A stretch of DNA of 64,000 nucleotides from an uncultured Candidatus Saccharibacteria bacterium (GCA_964543265.1 CAZIWN010000002.1:29554-93553), one strand, 5' to 3'. Counted from the first letter of the stretch, positions 38,743 through 49,007 are shown. Numbers and translations: made by a program. The notes: generated from the sequence alone by a model not told the origin.

Positions 38743-39927
38743 CTATTTTCCCTGACTTAATCCCCTCATTAAATTGGCAATTTTTTCGATATAGCTATAA
38801 GTATCTTTTATACTAGAGGATGTTTTTATAAACAAAGGTTTTAAATTTTTTTCATATCTCACTTTAAGATCATCTTCAGACTGCGCATCCACTATGTATA
38901 AATAATTTTCTCTTAAACTATTTATTAAGGAATTTGAATTTCTGACCTGCTCCATAGCAAATCTCAATTTTAACACTATCTCTTTTTCAGTTGATGGATC
39001 TGGGTTGCTGATAAAAAAGTTTTTAGATCCTCTTACTATATTTAAATTAAAATCTATTATTCTAGACAAAAGATTGGAGAATTTTCCAGAAATATTTTGA
39101 ATCCCATTATCAATATCAACCGCTCTTCTATCCCCCACTAAAATTATCAATTTAGAAATTCTTTCCTGTTTTAATTCATTAAAAATAGAAAAAGAATTCA
39201 AAACCCTATCTTTTTCAGCCATTAATTTAAAATTCAAATCATCAAAAGGATTAGTCAAAGAACCGTTTTGATCGGTCGGCAATTGATCATTTGAAGGAAC
39301 GCCCTCACCCCCAGAACCTCCAGGGGTCAATCCTGGATCTGAGCCCGGAAGATTTCCGGATCCTGAATCTGACCCAGAACCACCATTGTCACCAGAACCA
39401 TCCCCAGAGCCACTTTTAGAATCATCTTTAGAATCTTTTTCTTCAGAACCATTATTTGATCCGCCACCACTAAAAATATCTTTAGTGTCATTAATATCTT
39501 TTTTAGTATCATCAATAGGCTCCTTAACGGCATCCTTAAAATCATTCACATCATCTTTAAAGTCCTTTTCCAAATCCTCTTTTAATTCTCCAAAATCTCC
39601 CTTAGAGGTGTCCTTGGTAATTTCAATACCATCCTGAACCGTGTCTACGGCATGATCAACTCCCTCTTTAACTGTATCTATGGGTTTATCAACAACGATA
39701 TCTTTTATCTTATCTTTTATCTTTTTGGCTGCTTTTTTTATTTTATTTCTCAATCTACTACCCCAACCAGCAGTAAAAAAACTATTTATATCAACATCGC
39801 CACTCAAAACTATTGTTGGCTGATATTTATTATTTGATTCATTAATAATTTCTGCCCTAGAAATACTAACCGTGTTTAAGATCAGAACCAAAGAAACCAA
39901 AAAAACACCAACTTTCTTTAAAAACAT
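38743..39927 (-). CDS. secreted acidic protein with a Gly/Ser/Asp low-complexity linker and a C-terminal ~170-aa globular domain
   Basis: 394 aa. Signal peptide, DxxK-rich helical part, GSGDGSGDNGGSGSDSGSG linker, then ...NPFDDLNF... domain. Confidence 0.5.
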   Translation of the reverse strand: MFLKKVGVFLVSLVLILNTVSISRAEIINESNNKYQPTIVLSGDVDINSFFTAGWGSRLRNKIKKAAKKIKDKIKDIVVDKPIDTVKEGVDHAVDTVQDGIEITKDTSKGDFGELKEDLEKDFKDDVNDFKDAVKEPIDDTKKDINDTKDIFSGGGSNNGSEEKDSKDDSKSGSGDGSGDNGGSGSDSGSGNLPGSDPGLTPGGSGGEGVPSNDQLPTDQNGSLTNPFDDLNFKLMAEKDRVLNSFSIFNELKQERISKLIILVGDRRAVDIDNGIQNISGKFSNLLSRIIDFNLNIVRGSKNFFISNPDPSTEKEIVLKLRFAMEQVRNSNSLINSLRENYLYIVDAQSEDDLKVRYEKNLKPLFIKTSSSIKDTYSYIEKIANLMRGLSQGK

Positions 39928-39976
39928 ATTAACTAAATTATAGTATAATTACCCATAATTAAAAACCTTCAAAAAT

Positions 39977-40396
39977 ATGAAATTTAAATACATAGCATTA
40001 ATAATATTAGCAACTATCACTCTAATAATATGGAATCCATTTTCTGCAACCAATAAGAATAAAGACACGGTTATTAATAATCAAATAAACCCAGAAGAAA
40101 AATTGATTAATAATGAAAAAATTTCAAAAATAAATATTAATATAGACGACAATGGATTTTCACCTTCATCTTTAAAAATTAATAAGGGTGATATTGTAGC
40201 TTTCACTAATATTGGTAAAAACGCTCACTGGCCAGCATCAAATAATCATCCGTCTCATGAAATTTATCCAGAATTTGACCCAAAAAAACCCATCTCTCCA
40301 GGCTCATCTTGGGAATTCCAATTTAACAAATCCGGATCCTGGAAAATGCATGATCATCTATCTCCTAGATTTAGCGGAGTCATTATAGTTAATTAA
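39977..40396 (+). CDS. cupredoxin-fold-like secreted protein (no Cys ligand)
   Basis: 139 aa. Signal/TM, then the beta-sandwich pattern FSPSSLKINKGDIVAFTNIGKNAHWPASNNHPSH...SWKMHDHLSPRFSGVIIVN resembles plastocyanin/azurin-like domains. It has His and Met but lacks the Cys ligand. Confidence 0.45.
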   Translation: MKFKYIALIILATITLIIWNPFSATNKNKDTVINNQINPEEKLINNEKISKININIDDNGFSPSSLKINKGDIVAFTNIGKNAHWPASNNHPSHEIYPEFDPKKPISPGSSWEFQFNKSGSWKMHDHLSPRFSGVIIVN

Positions 40397-40400
40397 CTTT

Positions 40401-40432
40401 AAAAACATCCGGCTTAAAAGCCGGATGTTTTT
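40401..40432. terminator. bidirectional rho-independent terminator between convergent genes
   Basis: aaaaACATCCGGCTTaaAAGCCGGATGTtttt. Confidence 0.7.
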
Positions 40433-40436
40433 AAAG

Positions 40437-41195
40437 TTATTGTTTAATTGCTTCTAAAAATAGAAACATTGGTATCTCTTTTCTTATTCTATTCTCCTCT
40501 TCAGCCCTCTTACCTGGCTCACTTACTCTGTTAGAATTCCACTCCTCAAGACGAGAAATTAAAAAACCCGCCTTTTTCAATGCTTTAACATAAGACTGAA
40601 TTGGTCTATGAAAAGAAAATGTCACAATACTTTTATCATCGCCTGGATGCATTTCTATTTTTTGAGTAAATTCTCCTAAATATTCATCCACTCTTCTGTA
40701 TTGCCTGTTTTGCTCCTCATCCCACCCCCAACTAGATTGTTTTGGAATTCTAAAGGCCGGATGATTTAAAACTATATAAATAAATCCTCCCCTTTTTAAA
40801 ACTCTTCCCGCTTCAATTATTGCCTCTCCAAATTCTTTAATATTTTGCAAAGATAAAATAAAAACAGCCTTATTAAAAGTTGCGTCTTTAAATTGCCTTA
40901 AATCATCGGCTTTTCCTTTAATGAAGGATGGGTTAGTAATACTAACTCGTTTTTGTTCTGCAATTTTTATCAATTCTGAAGATGGCTCTACTCCAAAAAC
41001 TTTAGCCCCAGTCTTTGCAAATTCTTTTGAAAAAAATCCAGAACCAGAACCAATATCAAGTAAAACATCACCATTTTTCAATTCAAGCAATCTGACTAGA
41101 TTTGGTAATATCAAAGTCTTCTGATAACTATTATCAGAATCAACCGCATCATCGTACCACTTAGCAACATGACCCCAATCAGTATTTTTACTCAT
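40437..41195 (-). CDS. class I SAM-dependent methyltransferase
   Basis: Motif I VLDIGSGSGFFS, motif II KVFGVEPS, post-I acidic residue. 252 aa. Confidence 0.75.
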   Translation of the reverse strand: MSKNTDWGHVAKWYDDAVDSDNSYQKTLILPNLVRLLELKNGDVLLDIGSGSGFFSKEFAKTGAKVFGVEPSSELIKIAEQKRVSITNPSFIKGKADDLRQFKDATFNKAVFILSLQNIKEFGEAIIEAGRVLKRGGFIYIVLNHPAFRIPKQSSWGWDEEQNRQYRRVDEYLGEFTQKIEMHPGDDKSIVTFSFHRPIQSYVKALKKAGFLISRLEEWNSNRVSEPGKRAEEENRIRKEIPMFLFLEAIKQ

Positions 41196-41205
41196 ATTCT
41201 TTTAA

Positions 41206-41835
41206 TTATTTTTTCTCAGCAATCACAACCAATGTTTCAATATATTTTGAAGTAAAGAGGGATAAAAAATAATATATTAAATTTAATATCTTTTTTTTCC
41301 AACTCTCCTTATGCGATAACTCTAAAGTATAAATATAAGAAATTTCTTTAACTACAAAATTATTTTTTTCCAACAAGCGACGCAATGTTTTTGAATTAAA
41401 ATATGCCGTATGGTCAGAATTAACTGTGGGCTCAAACTTAGACATTTTCTCTGCAATATTAAAAAGATTAAAAGCATTCGGTGTCGTTATTATAAGCTTT
41501 CCGTTGGTCTTTAAATGTCTAAATGCGCATCCCAAAAATAATCCAGGATTTGAAAGGTGCTCAATTAAATCGCCCGCAAAAATGACGTTAAAATCAGTAT
41601 CTATAGAAAAAGATTCTGCGCTAGATTTTTTATAAAAAGCCGCCGATTGTTTTAATCGTGACAAATCATAATCAAGATCTATTCCCCAAACCTCTGACGC
41701 TCTAGATAATAAAATATTATGTACCCAATTTTCATGATCAGGATTTAATCCATGACCCCAAAAACCGACATCCAAAACAACGTCGCTTGATTCAATTTGA
41801 TTCTCTATTAATTCTTTCTTATTCCTATAAACCAT
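41206..41835 (-). CDS. class I SAM-dependent methyltransferase (second, divergent)
   Basis: VLDVGFWGHG (motif I variant) ... IFAGDLIEHL ... GKLIITTPN. 209 aa. Start overlaps the upstream gene end. Confidence 0.6.
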   Translation of the reverse strand: MVYRNKKELIENQIESSDVVLDVGFWGHGLNPDHENWVHNILLSRASEVWGIDLDYDLSRLKQSAAFYKKSSAESFSIDTDFNVIFAGDLIEHLSNPGLFLGCAFRHLKTNGKLIITTPNAFNLFNIAEKMSKFEPTVNSDHTAYFNSKTLRRLLEKNNFVVKEISYIYTLELSHKESWKKKILNLIYYFLSLFTSKYIETLVVIAEKK

Positions 41836-43345
41836 TTTGTTGAATATTTTTAGCGAGACTATCTAACAATATTTTTAAGCTATGATTATTTCTAACTATT
41901 TCTATAAAATCATTCTTGATACGTTTACGCTCTTCTGGTGATGTTTTAAATAAAAATTCAAGCTTATCCGCAAGGACCCTTGCATCTCCAGCAGGAAAAA
42001 CAAACCTATCATCAACTATTTTTGCAAAATCACTACTAGAAGCAACAACCAATAGCCCGCAAGCCATAGCTTCAAAAATAGTCTTATCAAACATACCATC
42101 CCTACTCAAATTAACAAAAAATTCATTGTTCTGATAAAAATTGACGGTCTCTCTCTTAGCTACTCCTGGAACAAAAACAACTCTATCATTAATGTTATAT
42201 TTTACTACTAATTCTTTTAAATAATCAGGATATTTAGAAGATTGATCGGATGGATCACCAACAATTGTTGCAGAAAATAATGCACCCCTCTCCTTCAAGA
42301 TACTTAAAGCCTCCAATAATATATGAATATTTTTCGACTCATCCAGTCTCCCCAAAGATAAAACACAATTTTCCAAAAAAGTTATTTTATTATTTGGAAC
42401 AAAAAAATCATCATCAACGCCAACTGGCATCTGTAAAGATTTTTTATAACGGGCAGTGTAAGAGAATTTTGATGTATAAAATACCTTATTACAAAACCAA
42501 GCAGCAAGAGAAGTCTTCCAAGAACCGGAGTAATGATTTCTCCACATAAAAATTTTTTTTCTAAACAAAATCCAGAATATTCCTCCAAGTAAAACATATT
42601 CCTCATTCATGTGCACAAACACGGCATCGTATTCTTTTCTTAAATTAAATATTAATCTATAAAAGTTTTTTAAATTTTTTAGCTTAGAAACTCCTGCCTC
42701 CTTGCCCAAAGAAAAAACATCTATATTTTCCGGCAAATTAAATTGTCCCCTATATAGACAAATTACTTTAATGCTTTCAAATCTTTTTGATAATTTTTCA
42801 ACCCAACCCTCCACAAATCCAAGAACAGAATCCTTATCATCTATTTTTTGAGTTATAAATAATAATCTATTAACCCTCATCTTGTGATCCCTGAATATAA
42901 TTTTTTTATAAAACCAAAAATTCCAAAGACCCACCAAAAATGCAGTAGTTGCCTGAGTCAGCACTAAACCATAAGATTTTCTATGAAAAAAACTTTTTAA
43001 TATACCAAAATCAAGAAAACGACCAAGTAGTGACGGTAGATTGAAAAATTCAACGAACAGATAAAACACAGCGGCATTTAAAAAAAGATTCAAAATAACA
43101 ACTCCTAAATACATAAGAACCTCACCCTTCATATAAACAGTTTCCTTATGTTTAAATGTCCAAAATTTTTGTAAACTAAAACTCACAAAAAAAGACAAAA
43201 TCAAGGCAATTGAGCTAGCCACAATATACCAAACCCTAAATTCCTCTAAAATAAATTTAAATATCAAAAGCTCAACCGAATAAGCCAAAAATCCAGATAT
43301 GGCAAATTTAAATATTTTAGTATCTTTAAAAATATTTTTTGTCAT
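41825..43345 (-). CDS. GtrA-like 4-TM domain fused to a GT1 (GT4-type) glycosyltransferase
   Basis: N-terminal ~140 aa with 4 hydrophobic helices (GtrA-like). C-terminal GT-B fold: GRLDESKNIHILLEA...VVFVPGV...GMFDKTIFEAMACGLLVVASS. Confidence 0.65.
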   Translation of the reverse strand: MTKNIFKDTKIFKFAISGFLAYSVELLIFKFILEEFRVWYIVASSIALILSFFVSFSLQKFWTFKHKETVYMKGEVLMYLGVVILNLFLNAAVFYLFVEFFNLPSLLGRFLDFGILKSFFHRKSYGLVLTQATTAFLVGLWNFWFYKKIIFRDHKMRVNRLLFITQKIDDKDSVLGFVEGWVEKLSKRFESIKVICLYRGQFNLPENIDVFSLGKEAGVSKLKNLKNFYRLIFNLRKEYDAVFVHMNEEYVLLGGIFWILFRKKIFMWRNHYSGSWKTSLAAWFCNKVFYTSKFSYTARYKKSLQMPVGVDDDFFVPNNKITFLENCVLSLGRLDESKNIHILLEALSILKERGALFSATIVGDPSDQSSKYPDYLKELVVKYNINDRVVFVPGVAKRETVNFYQNNEFFVNLSRDGMFDKTIFEAMACGLLVVASSSDFAKIVDDRFVFPAGDARVLADKLEFLFKTSPEERKRIKNDFIEIVRNNHSLKILLDSLAKNIQQNGL

Positions 43346-43346
43346 T

Positions 43347-44456
43347 TTATTTAAAAGCTTTTTGCGCGCTAATCCAAGAATCGCGATACTTTTTCAAATA
43401 TTCGGCTTCCGATATTTTATAAAAACTATTAAAATTTTTTATCCTCTTGTGTTCTCTCATTTTAGAAATTAATATCTTTGAGGCTAGTCTTGGATCTCTA
43501 GGTATTATATCTGCTCCTACTTCACCAGCCACACCACAATCAACAGAAGCAACGGGACAACCCAAAGACATTGCCTCCACCATAGTCCTTCCAAACCCCT
43601 CATATAAAGAAGTTAAAAGCAGCATATCTGCACCAAGATAGTATGGAGATAAATCATTAACCCACTCCTCTATCACAACATTTGAAGAAATCCCTGCTTG
43701 TGCAGCCTTCTTTAAAATGAATTCTTTTTCACTCCCGCTTCCAACGATTAACAAAAGTATTCTCGTGCTACCAGATACGCCTCCCCTCTTTAGAATTTCA
43801 TCCATTATTTCTATAGCTAAACCAAAATCTTTTTCCTTTTCTAATCTCGAAGCCATAAGAATTATATAATCATAATTTTTATATTTTTGCCTTAAATCAA
43901 AAAGATTTTCTTGCCCTCTTTCTCTTTTCCAATCAGTAAGTATTGGAAGCACTGTGATAAAATTTTCCGATATGCCAATCTTCATTAAAGAAAATTTAAT
44001 CCTATTAGATACCACTCTTATCTCTGAAGCTTTTTTGGTTATTAATTTTCCCAAAACAACTCTGACATCGTTTAAAAATGATAGTTTTCTAAATAATGGA
44101 TTTAAAAAATCAGTATGAATTTGAATATGTAATGGTAGTTTGAATTTTTTAGCCAAAATTCTCGCAATTAAACCGCATTCAAAAGGATCCTGGGAAGATA
44201 CTATGTCTATTTTATTTTCTTTGATTATTCTTTTTCCTAAAAAATAAAATTTAAAAAGAAATCCCAACTTGTAAGAGTTTTTAGTCGGATATAAATATAA
44301 GCTGCCGTCACGCATAAAATCTAAACCATCTTTTTTATTACTTTTTATAACCACGTGAAGACCATCGCAAAGATCAGAATATTTCTTCAATCTTAAAAAA
44401 GTTTCTGAAGTTTTCGAGAAGGCATTTTTATCCGTTCCTAAAACTAATACTTTCAT
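43347..44456 (-). CDS. glycosyltransferase family 1
   Basis: C-terminal EGFGRTMVEAMSLGCPVASVDCGVAGEV is the GT1 E-x7-E-like motif region. Confidence 0.75.
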   Translation of the reverse strand: MKVLVLGTDKNAFSKTSETFLRLKKYSDLCDGLHVVIKSNKKDGLDFMRDGSLYLYPTKNSYKLGFLFKFYFLGKRIIKENKIDIVSSQDPFECGLIARILAKKFKLPLHIQIHTDFLNPLFRKLSFLNDVRVVLGKLITKKASEIRVVSNRIKFSLMKIGISENFITVLPILTDWKRERGQENLFDLRQKYKNYDYIILMASRLEKEKDFGLAIEIMDEILKRGGVSGSTRILLLIVGSGSEKEFILKKAAQAGISSNVVIEEWVNDLSPYYLGADMLLLTSLYEGFGRTMVEAMSLGCPVASVDCGVAGEVGADIIPRDPRLASKILISKMREHKRIKNFNSFYKISEAEYLKKYRDSWISAQKAFK

Positions 44457-44458
44457 TC

Positions 44459-45592
44459 TTATAAATTAAATAGTCTCAAAATTTTATCAGAGTAATCATT
44501 CCAAGATACTTGATATTTTATACTTTCCAGGCTTTTTTGATAAGCCTTATAATTCCTTTCATTAGCTAGATATTCGAAAATATTTAAAAGCTCTAATTTA
44601 TTAAAAGGATCAAACGTTTTAGCTTTTCCCTCTAAAAAATATTGAAAACCAGTTTCTTCGGTGCAAATAAACGGAGTTCCAACAGAAAAAGAGTCTAAAA
44701 CAGAATTTGGTGTCATATCAGATAATGACGGTAAAACATAAAGATAAGATTTATAAAGCTCTCTTAAAAAATCTGCCCTTAAAAGAGCTGGTCCAATAAC
44801 TATTCCAGCATTAATTCCGCCCAATCCCCTAACCCTATCTTCCAAATCTTTCCTATAAGGACCATCTCCTAAAATTTTTAATTTAAATTCTTTATGATCT
44901 TTTCTAAATTCTAAAAATACATCTATTAAAAAATCTAGATTTTTTAATCTCATTATTCTTCCAGCATATATAATCGTTTTTTCTCTATCTTTATAATTCA
45001 ATTCACTTTCTAATTCATTTTTACTTTCGTAAGGATTTTCTATAATTGAAATGCTTTTTTCATTTATGGAATAATTTTTAACAAAAACACTCTTTTGAAG
45101 CTCTCCGGAAAAAACAATCTTATATGCCCTGACCAATGAAAAGTTTATTAGATATTTAATAATTTTCTCCTTTAGAGATAAATTAGATTCATAATATTTC
45201 TTAAACATTCCAAAATAGGCGCCAGACTCAACAGCTTTCTCCCATAAAAAATCACCACCATTTCTAATAATTAATCTCTTTCTTAAAAATAAATTAGCCA
45301 AAACAGATGGAAATGCTGCTGAAAAATTATCTAAAACTAAAATAGCATCACATTTTTTACCAAGCCTAAGACAAGCAAAAAGATAATTTAGATGCCTAAA
45401 TTTAGATTTTCTAGAAATCCTAAAAACCTCAAACCCTTGCTCTAAAGAAGATTCAGAATTATCGGCGAAAGTTAAAACGGAAACTTTAACACCCCTCTCT
45501 AAAGACCAAATCTTGGCCAATCTTCTTGCGTATTCACCAGATCCGCCCAATTCTGGTGGATAAATTCCGGTGGCTATCAAAATTGATTTCAT
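44459..45592 (-). CDS. glycosyltransferase family 1
   Basis: N-terminal ILIATGIYPPELGGSGEY and C-terminal GT-B nucleotide-binding half. Confidence 0.7.
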   Translation of the reverse strand: MKSILIATGIYPPELGGSGEYARRLAKIWSLERGVKVSVLTFADNSESSLEQGFEVFRISRKSKFRHLNYLFACLRLGKKCDAILVLDNFSAAFPSVLANLFLRKRLIIRNGGDFLWEKAVESGAYFGMFKKYYESNLSLKEKIIKYLINFSLVRAYKIVFSGELQKSVFVKNYSINEKSISIIENPYESKNELESELNYKDREKTIIYAGRIMRLKNLDFLIDVFLEFRKDHKEFKLKILGDGPYRKDLEDRVRGLGGINAGIVIGPALLRADFLRELYKSYLYVLPSLSDMTPNSVLDSFSVGTPFICTEETGFQYFLEGKAKTFDPFNKLELLNIFEYLANERNYKAYQKSLESIKYQVSWNDYSDKILRLFNL

Positions 45593-45593
45593 A

Positions 45594-47774
45594 TTATTGC
45601 CTTAAAGTCGAAATAAAATCTTTCATTTCTTCTCTTAATATATTCCAATCATACTTACCCCATACAAATTTAAAAGCCTTCTTAGACAAATCATCTCTAA
45701 GCTCTTTATTGTTTAAAATTAAAATTATTTTATTAGCCAAATCATTTTCGTCTTCTATTTTCATCTCTAATCCATTTTCACCATCCCTTAAAAAATCCGC
45801 TATTCCTCCAACTCTTGGAGCTATTATTGGCAAACCAAGAGCCATAGCCTCCAAAAAAGAACTTCCCAACCCCTCAGATCTAGATGGCCTAATGAAAACA
45901 TATGCCTCTCTTAAAAAATCTGGAATTTTATCATATTCAACCTGCCCCTTAAATGAAACCAAATTAGAAATTCCCAAATCAAAAGCTAATTTTTTTAAAT
46001 TATCTTCTTCTGGACCACTACCCGCAATTTCTAAAACCGAATTAAATTTCTCCTTAGAATTTTTTGCTAAATCTCTAGCCTTGGCAAAAGCTTTTATTAA
46101 AATATCTATGCCATTTTTATTAACCAATCTAGAAGTTGTTACTATTCTTTTAGCACCAACAAAATTAATGGGCAAATCAAAATCTTTTTTAAAAACCTCG
46201 AAATCAACTCCATTAGGAATTATTTTAATTTCTGATTTAGCCCCATGTTTTTTAGCAAATTCTCCCAAATAAGAACTTATAACTTGAATTTTATCCGCCT
46301 TTTTGAAAATCATTTTCCATAAAGGATAAAATATACCCACCCTTCTTAATATGTGACTTTCGGAATCTCCCTCCTGTAAAGTTAAAATAAAAGGAATCTT
46401 TGGATGTCTCAATTTAAACAATAGCGCCGCAAATCCTCCATAAGAAGCCATCATTCCCCAAATAGCGTCGAATGGCTTTTTTTTATGCTCAATCTCGGCT
46501 CTTCTCCAGGCCCTAAAAACATAAAGTATTTTTTCGAAACGCCTACCATAATAATCTCCAGATCCTCCCCTACCAACGCGAATTATGCTCGCACCAGAGT
46601 TTTCATCTATTCCCTCCCATTCAGCATTAAATTTATTGGTAAAAATTTTAAATCCAAAAGGCATTCTCTTTATAAATTCTCTAAGAGCAATTTCAGCTCC
46701 ACCCTCAAAAGGAAAATATGCCAAAGAAAAGACTGCAATATTAGAATTGTCCGCAAAAATCTTTCTTGTTACTGAAGAAGAAAACTCGGTTATTTTTTCC
46801 TCTTCCAAACCGACTAACCAATCCTGATTTTTCAAAAACCAATCTATAAATATTTTAACTCCATCCTCAATTTTAACTTTTGGCTTAAATCCAAAATCCT
46901 TATTTGCCCTCGAAGTATCGGCGATGGTAGCCGGAACATCTCCAGACTGAATCGGCATCAATTTCACCTTAGCTTTAATTCCTAGATTTTTTTCAATTAA
47001 ATGAACAAATTTTTTAAGAGACGTTGAGTCTGGCCCTCCAAGATTATAAATCTTACATCCCCTTATATCTTTTTTAATTATTCCCATTATTCCATCAACA
47101 ATGTCGCTTACGTAAGTGAAATTTCTCGTCATCTCTCCATTATTAAAAAGCATTATCTCTTTTCCCTGAATAATGTTTTTAGCAAACTTAAACAAAGCTA
47201 AGTCTGGCCTTCCATATTCTCCATAAACCGTAAAAAATCTTAAGCCGACAGTATCCATTCCCGACAAGTTATGATAAGAATATGCCAAGAGTTCATTAGC
47301 TCTTTTAGAAACTGCATACATAGACATCGGACTGCTAACGTCCTGACTCTCAGAAAAAGGCATTTCTTTATTGGCTCCGTAAACGGAACTAGAAGAAGCG
47401 TATAAAACTTTTTTAATACCCAAAGCCCTAGCTCCCTCGAAGATATTTAATGTGCCAATATAATTAGACTCTGCATAAGCCCAAGGATTTATTAATGAAT
47501 ATCTAACACCCGCCTGAGCAGCTAAATGAATTATTAAATCTGGTTTTTCTTTAGAGAAAATATCCTTAAGTTTTTCATAATCAACAATGTTTGTTTTATA
47601 AAATTTAAACTTTGGAAATTTACCTAAAATATTATTTCTGGCATATTTCATCCTCACATCGTAATAGTCTGTTATACAATCAATTCCAACCACACTCCAC
47701 CCCTCAGACAACATCCTCTTAGCAAGATGAAAACCTATAAATCCAGAAGTTCCGGTAATGAGCGCTTTTTTCAT
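45594..47774 (-). CDS. bifunctional fusion: NAD-dependent epimerase/dehydratase (UDP-sugar 4-epimerase-like SDR) plus C-terminal GT1 glycosyltransferase
   Basis: N-terminal Rossmann ITGTSGFIGFHLAKRML, catalytic SSSSVYG...YAVSK (YxxxK). C-terminal ~370 aa has SEGLGSSFLEAMALGLPIIAPRVGGIADFL, the GT1 motif. Confidence 0.8.
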   Translation of the reverse strand: MKKALITGTSGFIGFHLAKRMLSEGWSVVGIDCITDYYDVRMKYARNNILGKFPKFKFYKTNIVDYEKLKDIFSKEKPDLIIHLAAQAGVRYSLINPWAYAESNYIGTLNIFEGARALGIKKVLYASSSSVYGANKEMPFSESQDVSSPMSMYAVSKRANELLAYSYHNLSGMDTVGLRFFTVYGEYGRPDLALFKFAKNIIQGKEIMLFNNGEMTRNFTYVSDIVDGIMGIIKKDIRGCKIYNLGGPDSTSLKKFVHLIEKNLGIKAKVKLMPIQSGDVPATIADTSRANKDFGFKPKVKIEDGVKIFIDWFLKNQDWLVGLEEEKITEFSSSVTRKIFADNSNIAVFSLAYFPFEGGAEIALREFIKRMPFGFKIFTNKFNAEWEGIDENSGASIIRVGRGGSGDYYGRRFEKILYVFRAWRRAEIEHKKKPFDAIWGMMASYGGFAALLFKLRHPKIPFILTLQEGDSESHILRRVGIFYPLWKMIFKKADKIQVISSYLGEFAKKHGAKSEIKIIPNGVDFEVFKKDFDLPINFVGAKRIVTTSRLVNKNGIDILIKAFAKARDLAKNSKEKFNSVLEIAGSGPEEDNLKKLAFDLGISNLVSFKGQVEYDKIPDFLREAYVFIRPSRSEGLGSSFLEAMALGLPIIAPRVGGIADFLRDGENGLEMKIEDENDLANKIILILNNKELRDDLSKKAFKFVWGKYDWNILREEMKDFISTLRQ

Positions 47775-47852
47775 AAAATCTATATAATATAGCTATCTTT
47801 CTTTAATTAAAACCTTTCCTTGAAATCTACAGTTTTATAACAATAATCTTAT

Positions 47853-49007
47853 ATGAAAAGTCATAAAACTAAAATCCTCTATATAATAACCAAATCTGAC
47901 GTAGGCGGAGCTCAAAAATACGTGACCGACCTCTCAAATAATATTAATCCTGATATTTTTGAATCAAAAATAATTTATGGCGGACAGGATATAAAATCTC
48001 TATCCAACAAAACAAATCCTGGCTTATTTTTTTGGAATGATTGGAAGGCTATTTTTGAAATAGTAAAAATCTTAAGAAAAGAGTCTCCAGACATTATTCA
48101 TCTTAATAGCTCTAAAGCAGGAGTTTTAGGATCTCTCGCTGGACTGATTTATAAAAAAACCACTAATCAAAAATTAAAAATTATTTTTACTGCTCATGGT
48201 TGGATATTTAATCCTCAAAATAAGATTTCAAAATTAGAACATTTTTCCTACATAGCCCTCCATAAAATCTCTAGTCTTTTTCAAGACATAGTTATTAATG
48301 TCTCAAATTACGATAAAGAAATCGCTCTAAAATTTAACATAGCCAATCCTAAAAAATTAAAAGTAGTTTGGAATGGAATATACGAAAATATTAATTTTTT
48401 AAAGAGAGATGAGGCTAGAACGTTATTGCTTAAAAAAATACAAAACCAATCCCCAATCAAAATCACTCCAACAGAATTTCAAAACTCCAACATGGTAGGA
48501 TCAATCGGCAGACTAGTTAAAGAAAAAGATTATGAAACCCTAATCAAAGCTGCAAAACTAACAAATGAATCTATTTTTATAATTATTGGCGACGGATACG
48601 AAAAAGAAAAATTAGAAAATTTAATCAGATATTTTTCCTTAGAAAACAAATTTTTTCTTATCAAAAATGAAGGTAATGATGCTAGGTTTTTAAAAGCCTT
48701 TGATGCCTTTATTTTATCTTCTGTAAAAGAAGGTCTCCCCTACACATTAATAGAGGCGATGTCTTCTATGGTTCCAGTTATAGGAACTAAAACTGGCGGC
48801 ATAACAGAAATAATTAAATCTCAAAATTCAGAAAATGGAATCCTGGTAAATGTTAAAAATCCTCAAGAAATTACCCAGGCCATCGAAAATCTGAGAACCA
48901 ATCAAAATTTAAGAGAAAAGTTAACTAAGAATGCTTATAGCTTTTTTAAGAATCATTTAACTCTTAAGAACATGGTTCAGAGTACAGAAAAAATCTATCT
49001 AGAATAA
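47853..49007 (+). CDS. glycosyltransferase family 1
   Basis: 384 aa. DVGGAQKYV N-terminus. C-terminal KEGLPYTLIEAMSSMVPVIGTKTGGITEII. Confidence 0.75.
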   Translation: MKSHKTKILYIITKSDVGGAQKYVTDLSNNINPDIFESKIIYGGQDIKSLSNKTNPGLFFWNDWKAIFEIVKILRKESPDIIHLNSSKAGVLGSLAGLIYKKTTNQKLKIIFTAHGWIFNPQNKISKLEHFSYIALHKISSLFQDIVINVSNYDKEIALKFNIANPKKLKVVWNGIYENINFLKRDEARTLLLKKIQNQSPIKITPTEFQNSNMVGSIGRLVKEKDYETLIKAAKLTNESIFIIIGDGYEKEKLENLIRYFSLENKFFLIKNEGNDARFLKAFDAFILSSVKEGLPYTLIEAMSSMVPVIGTKTGGITEIIKSQNSENGILVNVKNPQEITQAIENLRTNQNLREKLTKNAYSFFKNHLTLKNMVQSTEKIYLE

